In this document: one piece after another, positions 19,199 to 29,038 of the stretch | How positions within the stretch are numbered: the first letter of the stretch is position 1 | How the letters are laid out: every line of letters begins with the position of its first letter | Source of the DNA: Succinivibrionaceae bacterium | GTDB lineage: Bacteria > Pseudomonadota > Gammaproteobacteria > Enterobacterales > Succinivibrionaceae | NCBI GenBank assembly: GCA_017480795.1 | Contig: JAFURY010000049.1 | Coordinates: forward strand, 2-64,001 | Length of the DNA stretch: 64,000 nucleotides | Direction of reading: 5' to 3' | Notes under the pieces: model-generated | The model's input: only the letters and a program-made list of their open reading frames with translations | Databases searched by the model: none | Told to the model about the DNA's origin: nothing | Program-made: the position numbers and the translations under genes

Positions 19199-19444
19199 TC
19201 AGGAAGTCGAGCTGCGTTTGTCACCGACATACTCGCGCCTCCCATCCGGATATTCAAGATAGGCTCGATTAGACTCTGTGTCGTATCTGGCAACGGGAAG
19301 CCCCTTTATTCTTCTAATTTCGTCATCGATTCTGATGGATTCCTTGAACAACCTCGTAAGTTCCTCATCGGAAATTCCGCAGGTCGAATCTAATTCATTG
19401 CCTTCTTCCAAACAAGTCTCGTTTTCTTTGATTTCATTACACAT
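19199..19444 (-). CDS. Small hypothetical protein downstream of the R-M pair
   Basis: 81-aa ORF starting 52 nt after the nuclease stop, same strand, GGGG 6 nt before the ATG. Acidic N-terminus, conserved-looking core KGLPVARYD....AYLEYPDGRREYV. No family assigned. Confidence 0.4.
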   Translation of the reverse strand: MCNEIKENETCLEEGNELDSTCGISDEELTRLFKESIRIDDEIRRIKGLPVARYDTESNRAYLEYPDGRREYVGDKRSSTS

Positions 19445-19495
19445 TAAATGCCCCGAAATTGTGCAAAAGACGAAATTGAACCATACTGCAATTTG

Positions 19496-20329
19496 TCACT
19501 TTGCTTCTGTCAGTTGTCCAAAAAGATCCGAAGCCAAAACCTTCAATGATGTTTTGGCTATGCCGAGCATTATTTCTGCCATCTCGTCCTCGCTCCACTG
19601 GCTCCCGTCTCCCTTGGTATAAATCGAAACAGCCTGAAGCATCAGCAGCATATTGTTGACGGTTGCAAATCTGTTCTGGCAAAGATTAGTGTTGATTGGC
19701 AAACCAAAATTTGATGCGGTCAGCCGATCAAGGCGGTTGATTTTTCCGTCGGTGTAATTCAACGTCACCGTGGTTCCGTCCGGTCTGGTGACAACTATAT
19801 TCTGAGTCAGAAAATTGGATCCTTCTAGAAAAAGAACATAGGGGAAATGTTTTTCGCCAATCATGAAATTGGCAAATTCGCTTATGTTTTTATAGGCCCG
19901 TTCTATTGCATTGCCGGCAGGCATCAAATCGCGATCCTTGTTTTTACCTACCAGCACTCCATTGCGAATATTCTCCATGTCCTTACCCTGCTGCTTGGCT
20001 TCCGACACCAGGACTACCCGCCAGCATCCGTTATCATCTTTAACCTCGATTATTCCGCCATCAGGCCAGATGCTCGAATTCGGAACAAACAACGTCTGAC
20101 CTAGGCTCGGATCGATGCTGCTTAAAACCCGGTTTACCTCATCCTTTGGAAGATCGGGTCTAAATCTGAAGGTCAGACGAGGAAAGCATATTTTCAGACG
20201 TTCCGGCATCATTTGAGACACCTTGCCCACCTTCTTGTCCAGAGATCTGGCCTTCTCATGAAAAATCGATTCATTCGCCTGAGTCTGTTTCTGCTGTTCA
20301 GACAACCTGCCTGACTGACTTACGCTCAT
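19496..20329 (-). CDS. Type II restriction endonuclease, EcoRI/RsrI family
   Basis: Collinear with R.EcoRI as I remember it: GRLSEQQKQ.., SSIWPDGGIIEVKDDNGCWRVVLVSEAKQQGKD, MPAGNAIERAYKNISEFANFM, HFPYVLFLEGSNFLT, INRLDRLTA, SLKVLASDLFGQLTEAK. Its start ATG overlaps the methylase TGA (ATGA). Confidence 0.9.
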   Translation of the reverse strand: MSVSQSGRLSEQQKQTQANESIFHEKARSLDKKVGKVSQMMPERLKICFPRLTFRFRPDLPKDEVNRVLSSIDPSLGQTLFVPNSSIWPDGGIIEVKDDNGCWRVVLVSEAKQQGKDMENIRNGVLVGKNKDRDLMPAGNAIERAYKNISEFANFMIGEKHFPYVLFLEGSNFLTQNIVVTRPDGTTVTLNYTDGKINRLDRLTASNFGLPINTNLCQNRFATVNNMLLMLQAVSIYTKGDGSQWSEDEMAEIMLGIAKTSLKVLASDLFGQLTEAK

Positions 20330-21264
20330 GCAATCCCCCATGTTTTAACAGCAGATATCTGAGTCGTATCCGACACCATGTTGAACTCTGCGCCGGGGTA
20401 GGATGATTTCAGATTTTCCAGATGTTTGCTGAAAAATTCGTGGATCTGCTCATTGCTGTCGCACATGAGGCAATGCCTGCCCAACGGTATGCATGCTCTG
20501 CCCGTTGTTCCGCTACCGGCAAAAAAATCCAGAACCACAGATCCGGGATAGGACATGGATTTAACTATCCGCTCAATGAGTTCGACCGGTTTTTGGGTCG
20601 GATGACCGGTTCTCTCCCTGCTGTTGCCGTTCAACCGGCCAATTTCCCATACATTGGTGGGATTTTTTCCTTTAATGACATTGTCAGGGTTGAGCCGTTT
20701 GTCTCTCAGAGCGTTCTGCAACTGTTCTTCCGAATACGGAACTCTGACCGAATCAAGATCGAAATAGTATTTGTCGGATTTTGCGACCCAGATTATTTCC
20801 TCATGACGGTTGGCAAAATATCTGTAGGCGGACATGCCGTTTTTATAGTGCCAGACAATGGTGTTGATGAGTTTGAATTTGGTGTTGTGACGCATGTAAT
20901 GAATTATGTCAAGCAGATCCCCTGATTTGGCATCGCGGAACTGAATCCCGCCGAATATCGCCATATTTCCGTCTTTGGTCAGAACCCGATACGCCTCGGT
21001 GAGCCACTTTGCGGCCCAATCAATGTAGTTATCGTAAACGTCCCACATGGCCAACTCAAGATTATACGGAGGATCGATACAGATGAGCTGCACTGATTCA
21101 TCCGGCAGTTTTTTCAAAAACTCGCAGCAGTCCATGACCGAAATTGCGATATTGGGTTTTGCCGGAATTTGAAAATAACAATCATTATCGAGCGAGCAAT
21201 CTCTGCTCTGCCGGTTTAAATACATCAGAGCGTGATTGTGGTGTGATCTGTTATGTATCGCCAT
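20326..21264 (-). CDS. N6-adenine DNA methyltransferase, beta class (M.RsrI-like)
   Basis: SVQLICIDPPYNL (DPPY), FANRHEEIIWVAK, RLNGNSRERTGHPTQKP, VLDFFAGSGTTG (FxGxG). Collinear with M.RsrI as I remember it. Start taken at ATG 21264 (MAIHNRSHHN). Confidence 0.9.
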   Translation of the reverse strand: MAIHNRSHHNHALMYLNRQSRDCSLDNDCYFQIPAKPNIAISVMDCCEFLKKLPDESVQLICIDPPYNLELAMWDVYDNYIDWAAKWLTEAYRVLTKDGNMAIFGGIQFRDAKSGDLLDIIHYMRHNTKFKLINTIVWHYKNGMSAYRYFANRHEEIIWVAKSDKYYFDLDSVRVPYSEEQLQNALRDKRLNPDNVIKGKNPTNVWEIGRLNGNSRERTGHPTQKPVELIERIVKSMSYPGSVVLDFFAGSGTTGRACIPLGRHCLMCDSNEQIHEFFSKHLENLKSSYPGAEFNMVSDTTQISAVKTWGIA

Positions 21265-21605
21265 AATTTGAATCCGAGACAATGATACAATGCAAATTGA
21301 ACAATACTGCAATTACGCCAGCCACGAAACACCAACGAATGTCTCGGAGCATGTTTTGCGCAAATGCCGACTGGCGCCAGCAGCCAACGCGAAATTTTCA
21401 TCATGAACTTGCGGTACCAGGCGAAAATTCCATCGGCGCAGGCGAACATATTTATTATACACATTTACGCAACAAAAGAAAACTACGCAGAACAAAAATA
21501 TGAGCCTGACTGCAGAAATGAACCAGAAATCAGTTTCGCATCGCAAGAGACAGACATCAGCAGAAGCTGAAACATCCAAAGACAGATACGCGCAACTTTC
21601 AGACC

Positions 21606-22082
21606 ATGAGGCACGCCATGCATAAATTCATCAGAAACATTCTGATCGCTCTGGGGTTCGTCGCCCTGATTTCCACCTTCGCTCCCGCCGGCCTCTGCGA
21701 TGTCTACGTCAGGGAATACAGAACAGGCTCCAGAGTGCTGGAACTTGACGGTCACTTCATCAAAGACTACCGCACCGGCGCCCGCAAGCTTGAGATCAGA
21801 GGCAGGCACGTGCGGGACTACAAAACCGGCAGAATTCTGTTTGAAATGGACGGACGCTACATCAGGGATTACCGAACCGGCAAAAGGCTGATAGAAATCG
21901 ACGGCGGATACATCAGAGACTACCGCACCGGGAAAAGACTGCTGGAGGCTGACGGAAAATATCTCAGAGACTACCGCACCGGCGCCCGCAAATACGAGCT
22001 GAGCGGCTCGGGAGACGGCCTGGACGGGCTGTCTGCGGTTCAGGAATTCGCCATCCTGTACTGCGCGGAGCATTACCGGTAA
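21606..22082 (+). CDS. Secreted protein with six in-phase 17-aa repeats
   Basis: Signal-peptide-like N-terminus (KFIRNILIALGFVALISTFAPAG), then 6 x 17 aa ([YFH][IV][RK][DE]Y[RK]TGxRxxExxGx) over nt 21705-22010. An alternative start at ATG 21618 has GAGG 6 nt upstream. Confidence 0.6.
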   Translation: MRHAMHKFIRNILIALGFVALISTFAPAGLCDVYVREYRTGSRVLELDGHFIKDYRTGARKLEIRGRHVRDYKTGRILFEMDGRYIRDYRTGKRLIEIDGGYIRDYRTGKRLLEADGKYLRDYRTGARKYELSGSGDGLDGLSAVQEFAILYCAEHYR

Positions 22083-22358
22083 AAACAGCAGCATGAACAA
22101 AAGGACAAACAGCAGGACCGGCAAGGCGGCAAAGAAACTGACAGAGATCGGAAGAGACGCAGGGAACCAGGGAACTGACCAGGAACGGCAAGACATGAAT
22201 ACAGAAGAAGCCGCAACGCGCCAGGGCATGCGGCCTGTATGACGTGAAGGGGAAGACAACGGCAAGCGCCAGATCAGTCCCCCGGCGCGCGGATCTCGGA
22301 CGGCGCGCCTTCTGGCATGGCGCCCGGCGCCCCTTGCCTGTCGCGGCGCGCAAACGCC

Positions 22359-23669
22359 CTAGACCGCGACCGAGTCGCCCTGCAGCCTGGAGTTGCCGTT
22401 ATCCTTGGAGATAGAAGGATCCTCGGTAACGATCGGCGGACACTTGCGATCCGCAACATCCCGGTTCACCTCCACTCTGCCCCCGTGCTTCAGGGAAGGA
22501 ATGCGGAACATGGTGTCCATCAGCAGATCCTCCATGATGGATCTGAGTCCGCGGGCGCCGGTATCCTTCTTCAGAGCCTCGTCGGCTATGCGCTCAAGAG
22601 CGTCGTCGGTGAAATCCAGAGTGAACTTCTCCATTTCAAACAGCGCCTTGTACTGCTTCACCAGCGCGTTCTTTGGACTGGTGAGGATGCTGATCAGCGC
22701 TTCGCGGTCCAGCTTGGAAAGAGCGGTGATCACCGGCAGTCTGCCGATGAATTCGGGAATGATGCCGAACTTGACCAGATCCTCCGGCTCCACCTGGGAG
22801 AACAGCTGGGTAATGTCCTGGGAATGGTCGGCATCGATGTTGGCGTTGAAGCCGATGCCGGTGTCGACGTTGATCCGCTTCTCGATGATCTTGTCAAGAC
22901 CGGAAAACGCGCCGCCGCAGATGAAGAGGATCCGCGAGGTGTCCACCATGATGTTGTCCATCATCGGGTTCTTCCGCCCGCCCTTCGGCGGCACGGAGGC
23001 GAGGGTGCCCTCGATGAGCTTCAGCAGCGCCTGCTGCACGCCCTCGCCGGAGACGTCGCGGGTGATGGAAGGATTTTCCGACTTGCGGCCGATCTTGTCG
23101 ATCTCATCGATGTAGATGATGCCGCGCTGGGCCTTGATGGGGTCGAAATCGCAGTTCTGCAGCAGACGGTGGATCACGTTCTCCACGTCGTCGCCCACAT
23201 AGCCGGCCTCCGTCAGCGTGGTGGCGTCGGAGATGGCGAAGGGCACGTCCAGAAATCTGGCCAGTGTCTGGGCCAGCAGAGTCTTGCCAGAGCCGGTAGG
23301 ACCGATGAGAAGAATGTTGGACTTGTTGATCTCCACGTCGTTCTTGACGGATGACAGGCGCTTGTAGTGGTTGTAGACCGCCACCGCCAGCACCTTCTTG
23401 GCGTGATCCTGCCCGATGACGTAGCCGTCAAGATGAGCCTTGATCTCCTCGGGCGTAGGCAGGCTCTTCATGGACATCTGAGATGCCGCGGCCGGACGGC
23501 GCTTCTGATGCCGGGCCTTGAGCTCCTCGTTCTCGAACAGGATCTCGTGGCATTTCTCCACGCAGTCGGAGCAGATGTATCCCTCGATGCCGGAGATCAG
23601 GGGTCTGCCGTCAAGCTCGGCCTTGGTGGCGCCGCAGAAGGAGCAGTATGGAATGTTTTTTCTTGGCAT
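22359..23669 (-). CDS. clpX: ATP-dependent Clp protease ATP-binding subunit ClpX
   Basis: Zinc-binding N-terminus CSFCG...CSDC, Walker [18 protein letters not shown]. Confidence 0.97.
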   Translation of the reverse strand: MPRKNIPYCSFCGATKAELDGRPLISGIEGYICSDCVEKCHEILFENEELKARHQKRRPAAASQMSMKSLPTPEEIKAHLDGYVIGQDHAKKVLAVAVYNHYKRLSSVKNDVEINKSNILLIGPTGSGKTLLAQTLARFLDVPFAISDATTLTEAGYVGDDVENVIHRLLQNCDFDPIKAQRGIIYIDEIDKIGRKSENPSITRDVSGEGVQQALLKLIEGTLASVPPKGGRKNPMMDNIMVDTSRILFICGGAFSGLDKIIEKRINVDTGIGFNANIDADHSQDITQLFSQVEPEDLVKFGIIPEFIGRLPVITALSKLDREALISILTSPKNALVKQYKALFEMEKFTLDFTDDALERIADEALKKDTGARGLRSIMEDLLMDTMFRIPSLKHGGRVEVNRDVADRKCPPIVTEDPSISKDNGNSRLQGDSVAV

Positions 23670-23674
23670 CGGAT

Positions 23675-24277
23675 CTACTCTCTCTTTTCGATCACCTTGT
23701 CGATGAGACCGTACTCCCTGGCTTCCTGAGCCGAAAGGAAGTTGTCGCGATCGGTGTCGCGGGAAATCTCCTCGATGGATTTTCCGGTATGGTGCGCCAG
23801 CAGCGAGTTCAGTCGCTCCTTGGTCTTCTGGATCTCCTTGGCGTGGATCTGGATGTCCGACGCCTGGCCTCTGAAACCGCCCAGCGGCTGATGGATCATG
23901 ATGCTGGAGTTTGGAAGAGCGAAGCGCTTGCCTGCGGCGCCGCCAGCCAGCAGAAAGGAGCCCATGGAACAGGCCTGGCCGATACAGATGGTCTGCACAT
24001 CGGGCTTGATGAACTGCATGGTGTCGTAAATGGCAAGACCCGCCGTCACCGCGCCGCCGGGAGAGTTGATGTACAGATAGATGTCCTTCTCGGAGTTTTC
24101 GGCCTCAAGAAACAGCAGCTGAGCCACGACAAGGGAAGACATGTGATCCTCCACCTCGCCGGTGAGAAAGATCACCCGCTCCTTCAGCAGGCGGGAGTAA
24201 ATGTCATAGGCCCGTTCGCCTCTTGATGTCTGCTCGATAACGGTAGGCACCAGAGTATCGGTAATTAAACTGTCCAT
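23675..24277 (-). CDS. clpP: ATP-dependent Clp protease proteolytic subunit ClpP
   Basis: [29 protein letters not shown]..., YINSPGG, catalytic-Ser context [11 protein letters not shown]. Start moved to ATG 24277, which has AGGA upstream. Confidence 0.95.
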   Translation of the reverse strand: MDSLITDTLVPTVIEQTSRGERAYDIYSRLLKERVIFLTGEVEDHMSSLVVAQLLFLEAENSEKDIYLYINSPGGAVTAGLAIYDTMQFIKPDVQTICIGQACSMGSFLLAGGAAGKRFALPNSSIMIHQPLGGFRGQASDIQIHAKEIQKTKERLNSLLAHHTGKSIEEISRDTDRDNFLSAQEAREYGLIDKVIEKRE

Positions 24278-24429
24278 ACGATAATCCTGTATAAAGAAAA
24301 CACCGCAGGCGCCGTTGCCCGAACGCCGGGCGCGGCGTTCCTCCTGCGGATCAACAGAGCCGCTGAAGCGCGGCTCGTATATCGCGCCGTCATGCAGCGG
24401 CGAAGTCGGCATGACGGACTGATTGCGGA

Positions 24430-25737
24430 CTACAGCGATCTGTAAATGTCAGCCAGCTTGCCGAATTCCACATTTTCCTGGGTGACCTGCGCCTTGGAGA
24501 ACACCAGATCCACCGCGCTGTTCAAAGCCAGGGTGCCGCCAAAGTTCGCCATGGAACGCCGGTCCTTCTTCAGATGATGGAACACCTGCTCCGGCTCCTC
24601 GTAGGCGGAGGCGATCCTGTGGATGTATTCGTCCAGGGACTGCTCGGTAACCTTGATTTCGTACTTGCTGGTGAGAGCATCCATGAGCAGACCGTCTCTG
24701 ACCAAACTTTCGGCGCGCTGGCCGAAAACCTTCACGGCGTCGTTCCGTTTGAGGGAAGGATTCTTCTGTTTGCCGAAGATGTCGTCATAGATGGCCTCGG
24801 CCCTTTCCTTGACGGCCGAATCGGGAATCGCGACAGGATTGGCCTCGCGGAGAGCCTTGAAAACGCGCGCCTGGTTGATCTGGGACAGCAGATTGTCTCT
24901 TTCGCGGGTGATGTTCCGTCTGATCTCGTCTCTGAACAGTTCAACGGTGGTGGTTTCCTTGAGTTTGAGCAGCTTGAACAGCTCGCTGTTGATCTCATGA
25001 GGAACAATGCGTCTGTGTTCGGTGATCTCCACCTCGAACTTCATGATCTTCTCCCGGTACTTCTCGGGAGCCGTGTCCGGAAGTTTCAGTTCGAATTCGA
25101 ACTTCTCCCCATTCTTGTGGCCCAGAAGCTGATCGCTGAATCCCGGAATGACTTCTCCCGTTCCCACAACAATGCTTGCGTTGTTCAGCTTGTACTCTGA
25201 AACCGGCTCTCCGTCGATGGTTGGGCTGGAATTGATCTTCAGGAAATCGCCATTCTCCACGGCGGTACCCTCCGCAACATCCTCCAGATGTCCCAGCTGG
25301 CGCTGGATATTGGAAATGACGTCGTTGACGTCGTTATCGGTGATCTCGCAGAAGGTCCTGGTCACCTGGAGATCCTCCAGGCTCTTCAGTTCGAATTCGG
25401 CGAATTCGTCATACGAAAGATCAAAAATCAGATCCTTGCCAAACTCAACCTGGGTGAGCTGAATGGTCGGACGGCAGGCCAGGTTCGGCTGCTTCTCCTT
25501 CAGGTATTCGCGGTAGTTTCTGTCTGTGATGCTGTTGAGTGCCTCCTTCATGGCCTCGGAGCCGAAATATCTTTCGGTGATTGGCTTTGGCAGATTGCCT
25601 GGACGAAAACCCGGTATCTTTCTGGTTCTTGAAAGCTGCTTGAGACTCTTGTTGTATTCCTTGTCAAAGTCCGAAGCCGGTACGGTGATGGTAGCGACTC
25701 TTGAAAATTCGGACCGATTTGCAACTGAAACCTGCAT
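24430..25737 (-). CDS. tig: Trigger factor
   Basis: 435 aa, MQVSV... N-terminus, [11 protein letters not shown] ribosome-binding motif. Conserved tig-clpP-clpX order. Confidence 0.93.
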   Translation of the reverse strand: MQVSVANRSEFSRVATITVPASDFDKEYNKSLKQLSRTRKIPGFRPGNLPKPITERYFGSEAMKEALNSITDRNYREYLKEKQPNLACRPTIQLTQVEFGKDLIFDLSYDEFAEFELKSLEDLQVTRTFCEITDNDVNDVISNIQRQLGHLEDVAEGTAVENGDFLKINSSPTIDGEPVSEYKLNNASIVVGTGEVIPGFSDQLLGHKNGEKFEFELKLPDTAPEKYREKIMKFEVEITEHRRIVPHEINSELFKLLKLKETTTVELFRDEIRRNITRERDNLLSQINQARVFKALREANPVAIPDSAVKERAEAIYDDIFGKQKNPSLKRNDAVKVFGQRAESLVRDGLLMDALTSKYEIKVTEQSLDEYIHRIASAYEEPEQVFHHLKKDRRSMANFGGTLALNSAVDLVFSKAQVTQENVEFGKLADIYRSL

Positions 25738-26042
25738 TCGTTATATCCTCAAAAATGTACGTATGACGTTCATATCAAAAAATATCACTATTATATTTGT
25801 CACATGCTTTTTAGTCCACTGAAAAAAAGAGAAAGGCAGGCGCGAAGGCCTGCCGCAGGAAAGAAAGCGAAAGACAGCTCCAGACAAACGGCCACAGCCG
25901 CATTGGTGAAATGTCCTTTTCCGTCGAACCGGATCTGCCGTGAGCAGGCCCTGCCAGCGTAAACACCGGTTGTTTGAGGCCGGACGCCGACGGCGGCTGT
26001 CTGCCGCCCTGTCCGGCAGCGCGCCCGGGGAGGACCAGGCGT

Positions 26043-26507
26043 TCAGACGGACATGAAATTGCCGAGAACCTCCGAGGCTCTCGTCTTTTCTTCTCCGTCC
26101 GCCGGCGCTGGAGACAGAGAAACATCCTTCATGATCTGCCGCCATATCTCGCATACGCTGATCAGGGTTTCGACCTCGCTGTACAGGCTGTCCTCCGACT
26201 GCAGCTTCAGCGGAAGATACTTGGTCAGCACCACGTGATCGTTGCTTTCGTTCAGAGCAATAGTCGAACCGCGGGTGGAACCGTACAGATAGTTGGCCTC
26301 CAGCATCAGTCTGAACAGTTTCTCGTGTTCAAACTCCGGCGGAGCGCCGATGTCTCCCATCAGAACAATCTGCTCGATCTCGTCCATGGCGACTATGGTG
26401 ACAAAAACGTCATCGACCTCAAAGTTGCAGGCGCTGTTCTCGTCCAGTTCCAGATCAAGGCCGAACCGGCTTCCGAAGGCCCTGATGATCTCTTCGCTGC
26501 TGCTCAT
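26043..26507 (-). CDS. CesT/SycE-like class I type III secretion chaperone
   Basis: ~154 aa, acidic. Pattern FGLDLELDENSACNFEVDD..V.I.....E..VLMGDIG.PP......LFRLMLEANYLY........ALNES...VVL.......L..EDSLYSEVETLISVCEIWRQI is typical of the CesT family. Located directly downstream of a large unassigned ORF. Confidence 0.6.
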   Translation of the reverse strand: MSSSEEIIRAFGSRFGLDLELDENSACNFEVDDVFVTIVAMDEIEQIVLMGDIGAPPEFEHEKLFRLMLEANYLYGSTRGSTIALNESNDHVVLTKYLPLKLQSEDSLYSEVETLISVCEIWRQIMKDVSLSPAPADGEEKTRASEVLGNFMSV

Positions 26508-26597
26508 GCGCTTCGATTCCCCCAAATGCTTTTCGAAATAACTGACTTCAGTCCGATCGCCGATCCGCGGACCGTTCGGCCGCGGGTAGCGTTTCCG

Positions 26598-27989
26598 CTA
26601 GAAGGCGAACACGGCATTGTACAGAAGTTTTCCGTTGCGGTCGATATCCTCGGCGGTCAGAGGTCTTACCACCGGCTTTCCGTTCTCGGTCACCTCGTTC
26701 ACCACCGGCTTGTTGTCACCGCCCAGCTTGGCCTTGCCGTTGTCGTCCACAACCTCGGTTACCGGATGCCTGGTTCCCAGCAGATGCTCCTTGACTATCG
26801 GGGCATACTCCTCCCATGATTCGAAATCCGCATATTTTTCATTTGCGGCAAGGCTTTCCAGTTCCGCAAAAATGCATTCATGCAGCGGCACATCCTCGCC
26901 GGTTTTGGCAATTCTGACGAGTTCGGCCGCCTCGGCCTTGTCCATATGCTCCTCCCTGGCCGGGAAATGCTTCTGATTGAATTCGATAAACTTCGTAACC
27001 TGGGCTTCGACGCAGGCGCCTGGCGCGCGGAAATGCTTGACATATTCATCCATTTTGCCGTGAATCTGCGCATTGTAGTAGTTGTCCACGGCGCCCTTGG
27101 TCAGCATGATCAGATGGTCGCGGATATAGTTCTTCATCTTCTCGAAGTCCTTGAGATTGGTTGCCTCCCCGAAATCGAAACTGCAGTTTTCCAGGTGCAG
27201 AAGACCTCCGCAACGCTTCATGACCATTTCAGAAACTTCAGCTGAAGAGCGCACCGTTTTGTATGCGCCGGTTTCCGGATCCAGAAACTGGAATTTCTCC
27301 GGGATGTCTATTTCCTCGTCCGCCTGACTGTCATCCCGCAAAAGCAGCTCGGCATCAAACTCCGGCGTAGGACGGAAGATGGTATCGATATTCTTGATAA
27401 AGTCCAGACATTTGCTGTAGAATTGGAATTTTTCGAAAACATCCTTCTGCGGTCTGGAAAGCTTGTCTTCGGCCTTTTTCAAAGCCTTGCCGTCCTTGAT
27501 CGCCTCCAGTTTGTCAAAACCCATTTCCTTTTTGGCGTTGGCCAGCTTCTGCTCATATTCGGCGGCGTTGAACTCCTTGTTGCTGCCCGCAAAAACCTTA
27601 ACCTTGTCCATGATTTCGGAAACGCGTCTTGCGGTCAGCGGCTTGCCGGAGGATACGGCGCCGCCGGCGGCTGGAACGCCGAAATCGCTCATTTTGAAGG
27701 CCGGTCCGATAAGCTTCTGAAGTTTCTGCATGAATTCGCGGCTGAAGGTGACCTTGCCGTTCTTTTCCTCCATGCCTGACAGACCGAAGGCGCTGCCCAG
27801 GGACTTGAGCAGCTCGGTGCGGGCCTCGTTGTTGGCGATCTTCGACGCCTTGCCTCTGAAAACGCTGAGGCCGTTTCTGGTGGTGCTGAGACTGCTGGTC
27901 TCCTTGTTCACATTGACCGCAAGATCCTTGTTCTCCTGGGAAAGTTCGGTAAATCTTTGAAGCGCGTTTGCATTGAAATCGATAGCCAT
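26598..27989 (-). CDS. Hypothetical protein, candidate type III secreted effector
   Basis: 463-aa soluble ORF with a polar Ser/Asn/Thr-rich N-terminus, followed 72 nt later by the chaperone-like gene. No domain recognised. Confidence 0.4.
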   Translation of the reverse strand: MAIDFNANALQRFTELSQENKDLAVNVNKETSSLSTTRNGLSVFRGKASKIANNEARTELLKSLGSAFGLSGMEEKNGKVTFSREFMQKLQKLIGPAFKMSDFGVPAAGGAVSSGKPLTARRVSEIMDKVKVFAGSNKEFNAAEYEQKLANAKKEMGFDKLEAIKDGKALKKAEDKLSRPQKDVFEKFQFYSKCLDFIKNIDTIFRPTPEFDAELLLRDDSQADEEIDIPEKFQFLDPETGAYKTVRSSAEVSEMVMKRCGGLLHLENCSFDFGEATNLKDFEKMKNYIRDHLIMLTKGAVDNYYNAQIHGKMDEYVKHFRAPGACVEAQVTKFIEFNQKHFPAREEHMDKAEAAELVRIAKTGEDVPLHECIFAELESLAANEKYADFESWEEYAPIVKEHLLGTRHPVTEVVDDNGKAKLGGDNKPVVNEVTENGKPVVRPLTAEDIDRNGKLLYNAVFAF

Positions 27990-28418
27990 GATCGTGACCC
28001 TGTTAAAAGCCCGGCCCGAAGGCCGGATAAAAACTCTAAAAATCCTTTCTGCGCTGATAACGGACCGGGCAGATCTTGGTTACAGCGGACGACGACGCCA
28101 AAGCCGCATTTCATGAAACGGGGTCTCTAACCTTGATCCGCGCCATCATGATCGGGATCATGCGGGGCGATCTGGCCCGGTTTGGCCCTGGCATTCGCCT
28201 GGACATGGGGCGGCGGATCGGCGACATGCGCGGCAGTCGTCCGTCCCGGCTCCGGCCGGCGGCATGAAGTCCCGGCCTCCCGGGTCGCCTCCGGACCCGC
28301 GGCGATCAGCCTCCGATATTCCGTTCATCTGATGGTCGTCCCGCATTTTTCGGATCAGAAAGGCGCCTGCTTCGCGACGCGGGGCCGGATGATGATGCCC
28401 GCAGTTTCGCATTGCGCG

Positions 28419-28988
28419 TCACGCATGCTGCAGGCCGGCCTCAGGAAGCTCAGTCGCCACCGCCAGGAGATCGCGGCGGACAAAATCGGGAGTTGCCCCC
28501 TGAAAATCAGGCAGAGGCTTGCCGGTGGTCACCAGAAAGGACTGTCTGCAGCCGGCGTTTCTGCCGGTCTCCACGTCGGTCATCCGATCTCCCACCATGT
28601 AGGAATCGGCAAAGCTGATGTCCAGATCCCGCCTGGCCTCCTCAAGCATGCCCGTTCCCGGCTTGCGGCAGCGGCAGGATGCCAGATACGGCGCCTGCCC
28701 CTTTGTGGGATGATGGGGACAGAAGTACACTCCGTCAAAGGCCAGATTCTCCCGGGCCAGCTCCTGCTGCATCCAGCCGGTCAGCGTCAGATAGTCCTCC
28801 AGCGCGTAATAGCCGTAGGCGATGCCCGCCTGATTGGTGACCAGCACCAGGAGATAGCCCTTGCCGCGCAGGATGCCAAGCGCCTCCTTGACTCCCGCAA
28901 TCCAGGCGAAATCCTCCACACGGTGCACATAGGCCCGATCCTCGTTGATGACTCCGTCCCGATCCATGAATACCGCCGCATGGCTCAT
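28419..28988 (-). CDS. gmhB: D-glycero-beta-D-manno-heptose-1,7-bisphosphate 7-phosphatase
   Basis: AVFMDRDGVIN (DxDGT/V), LVLVTNQAGIAYGYY, YFCPHHP..C.CRKP (zinc loop), MVGDRMTD. Start moved to ATG 28988, which has GGAGG 5 nt upstream. Confidence 0.85.
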   Translation of the reverse strand: MSHAAVFMDRDGVINEDRAYVHRVEDFAWIAGVKEALGILRGKGYLLVLVTNQAGIAYGYYALEDYLTLTGWMQQELARENLAFDGVYFCPHHPTKGQAPYLASCRCRKPGTGMLEEARRDLDISFADSYMVGDRMTDVETGRNAGCRQSFLVTTGKPLPDFQGATPDFVRRDLLAVATELPEAGLQHA

Positions 28989-29038
28989 AAAAACCTCCGC
29001 CCGATGGCAAAACCCTTGGTCCAAATCAAAAACCGGGG

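Noticed and set aside
21483-22265. 260-aa minus-strand ORF overlapping the 17-aa-repeat gene.
   Set aside because: It mirrors the repeat periodicity of the plus-strand gene. It lacks a plausible start context and has an odd hydrophobic/Ala/Val composition. The plus-strand frame has a signal peptide and clean in-phase repeats.
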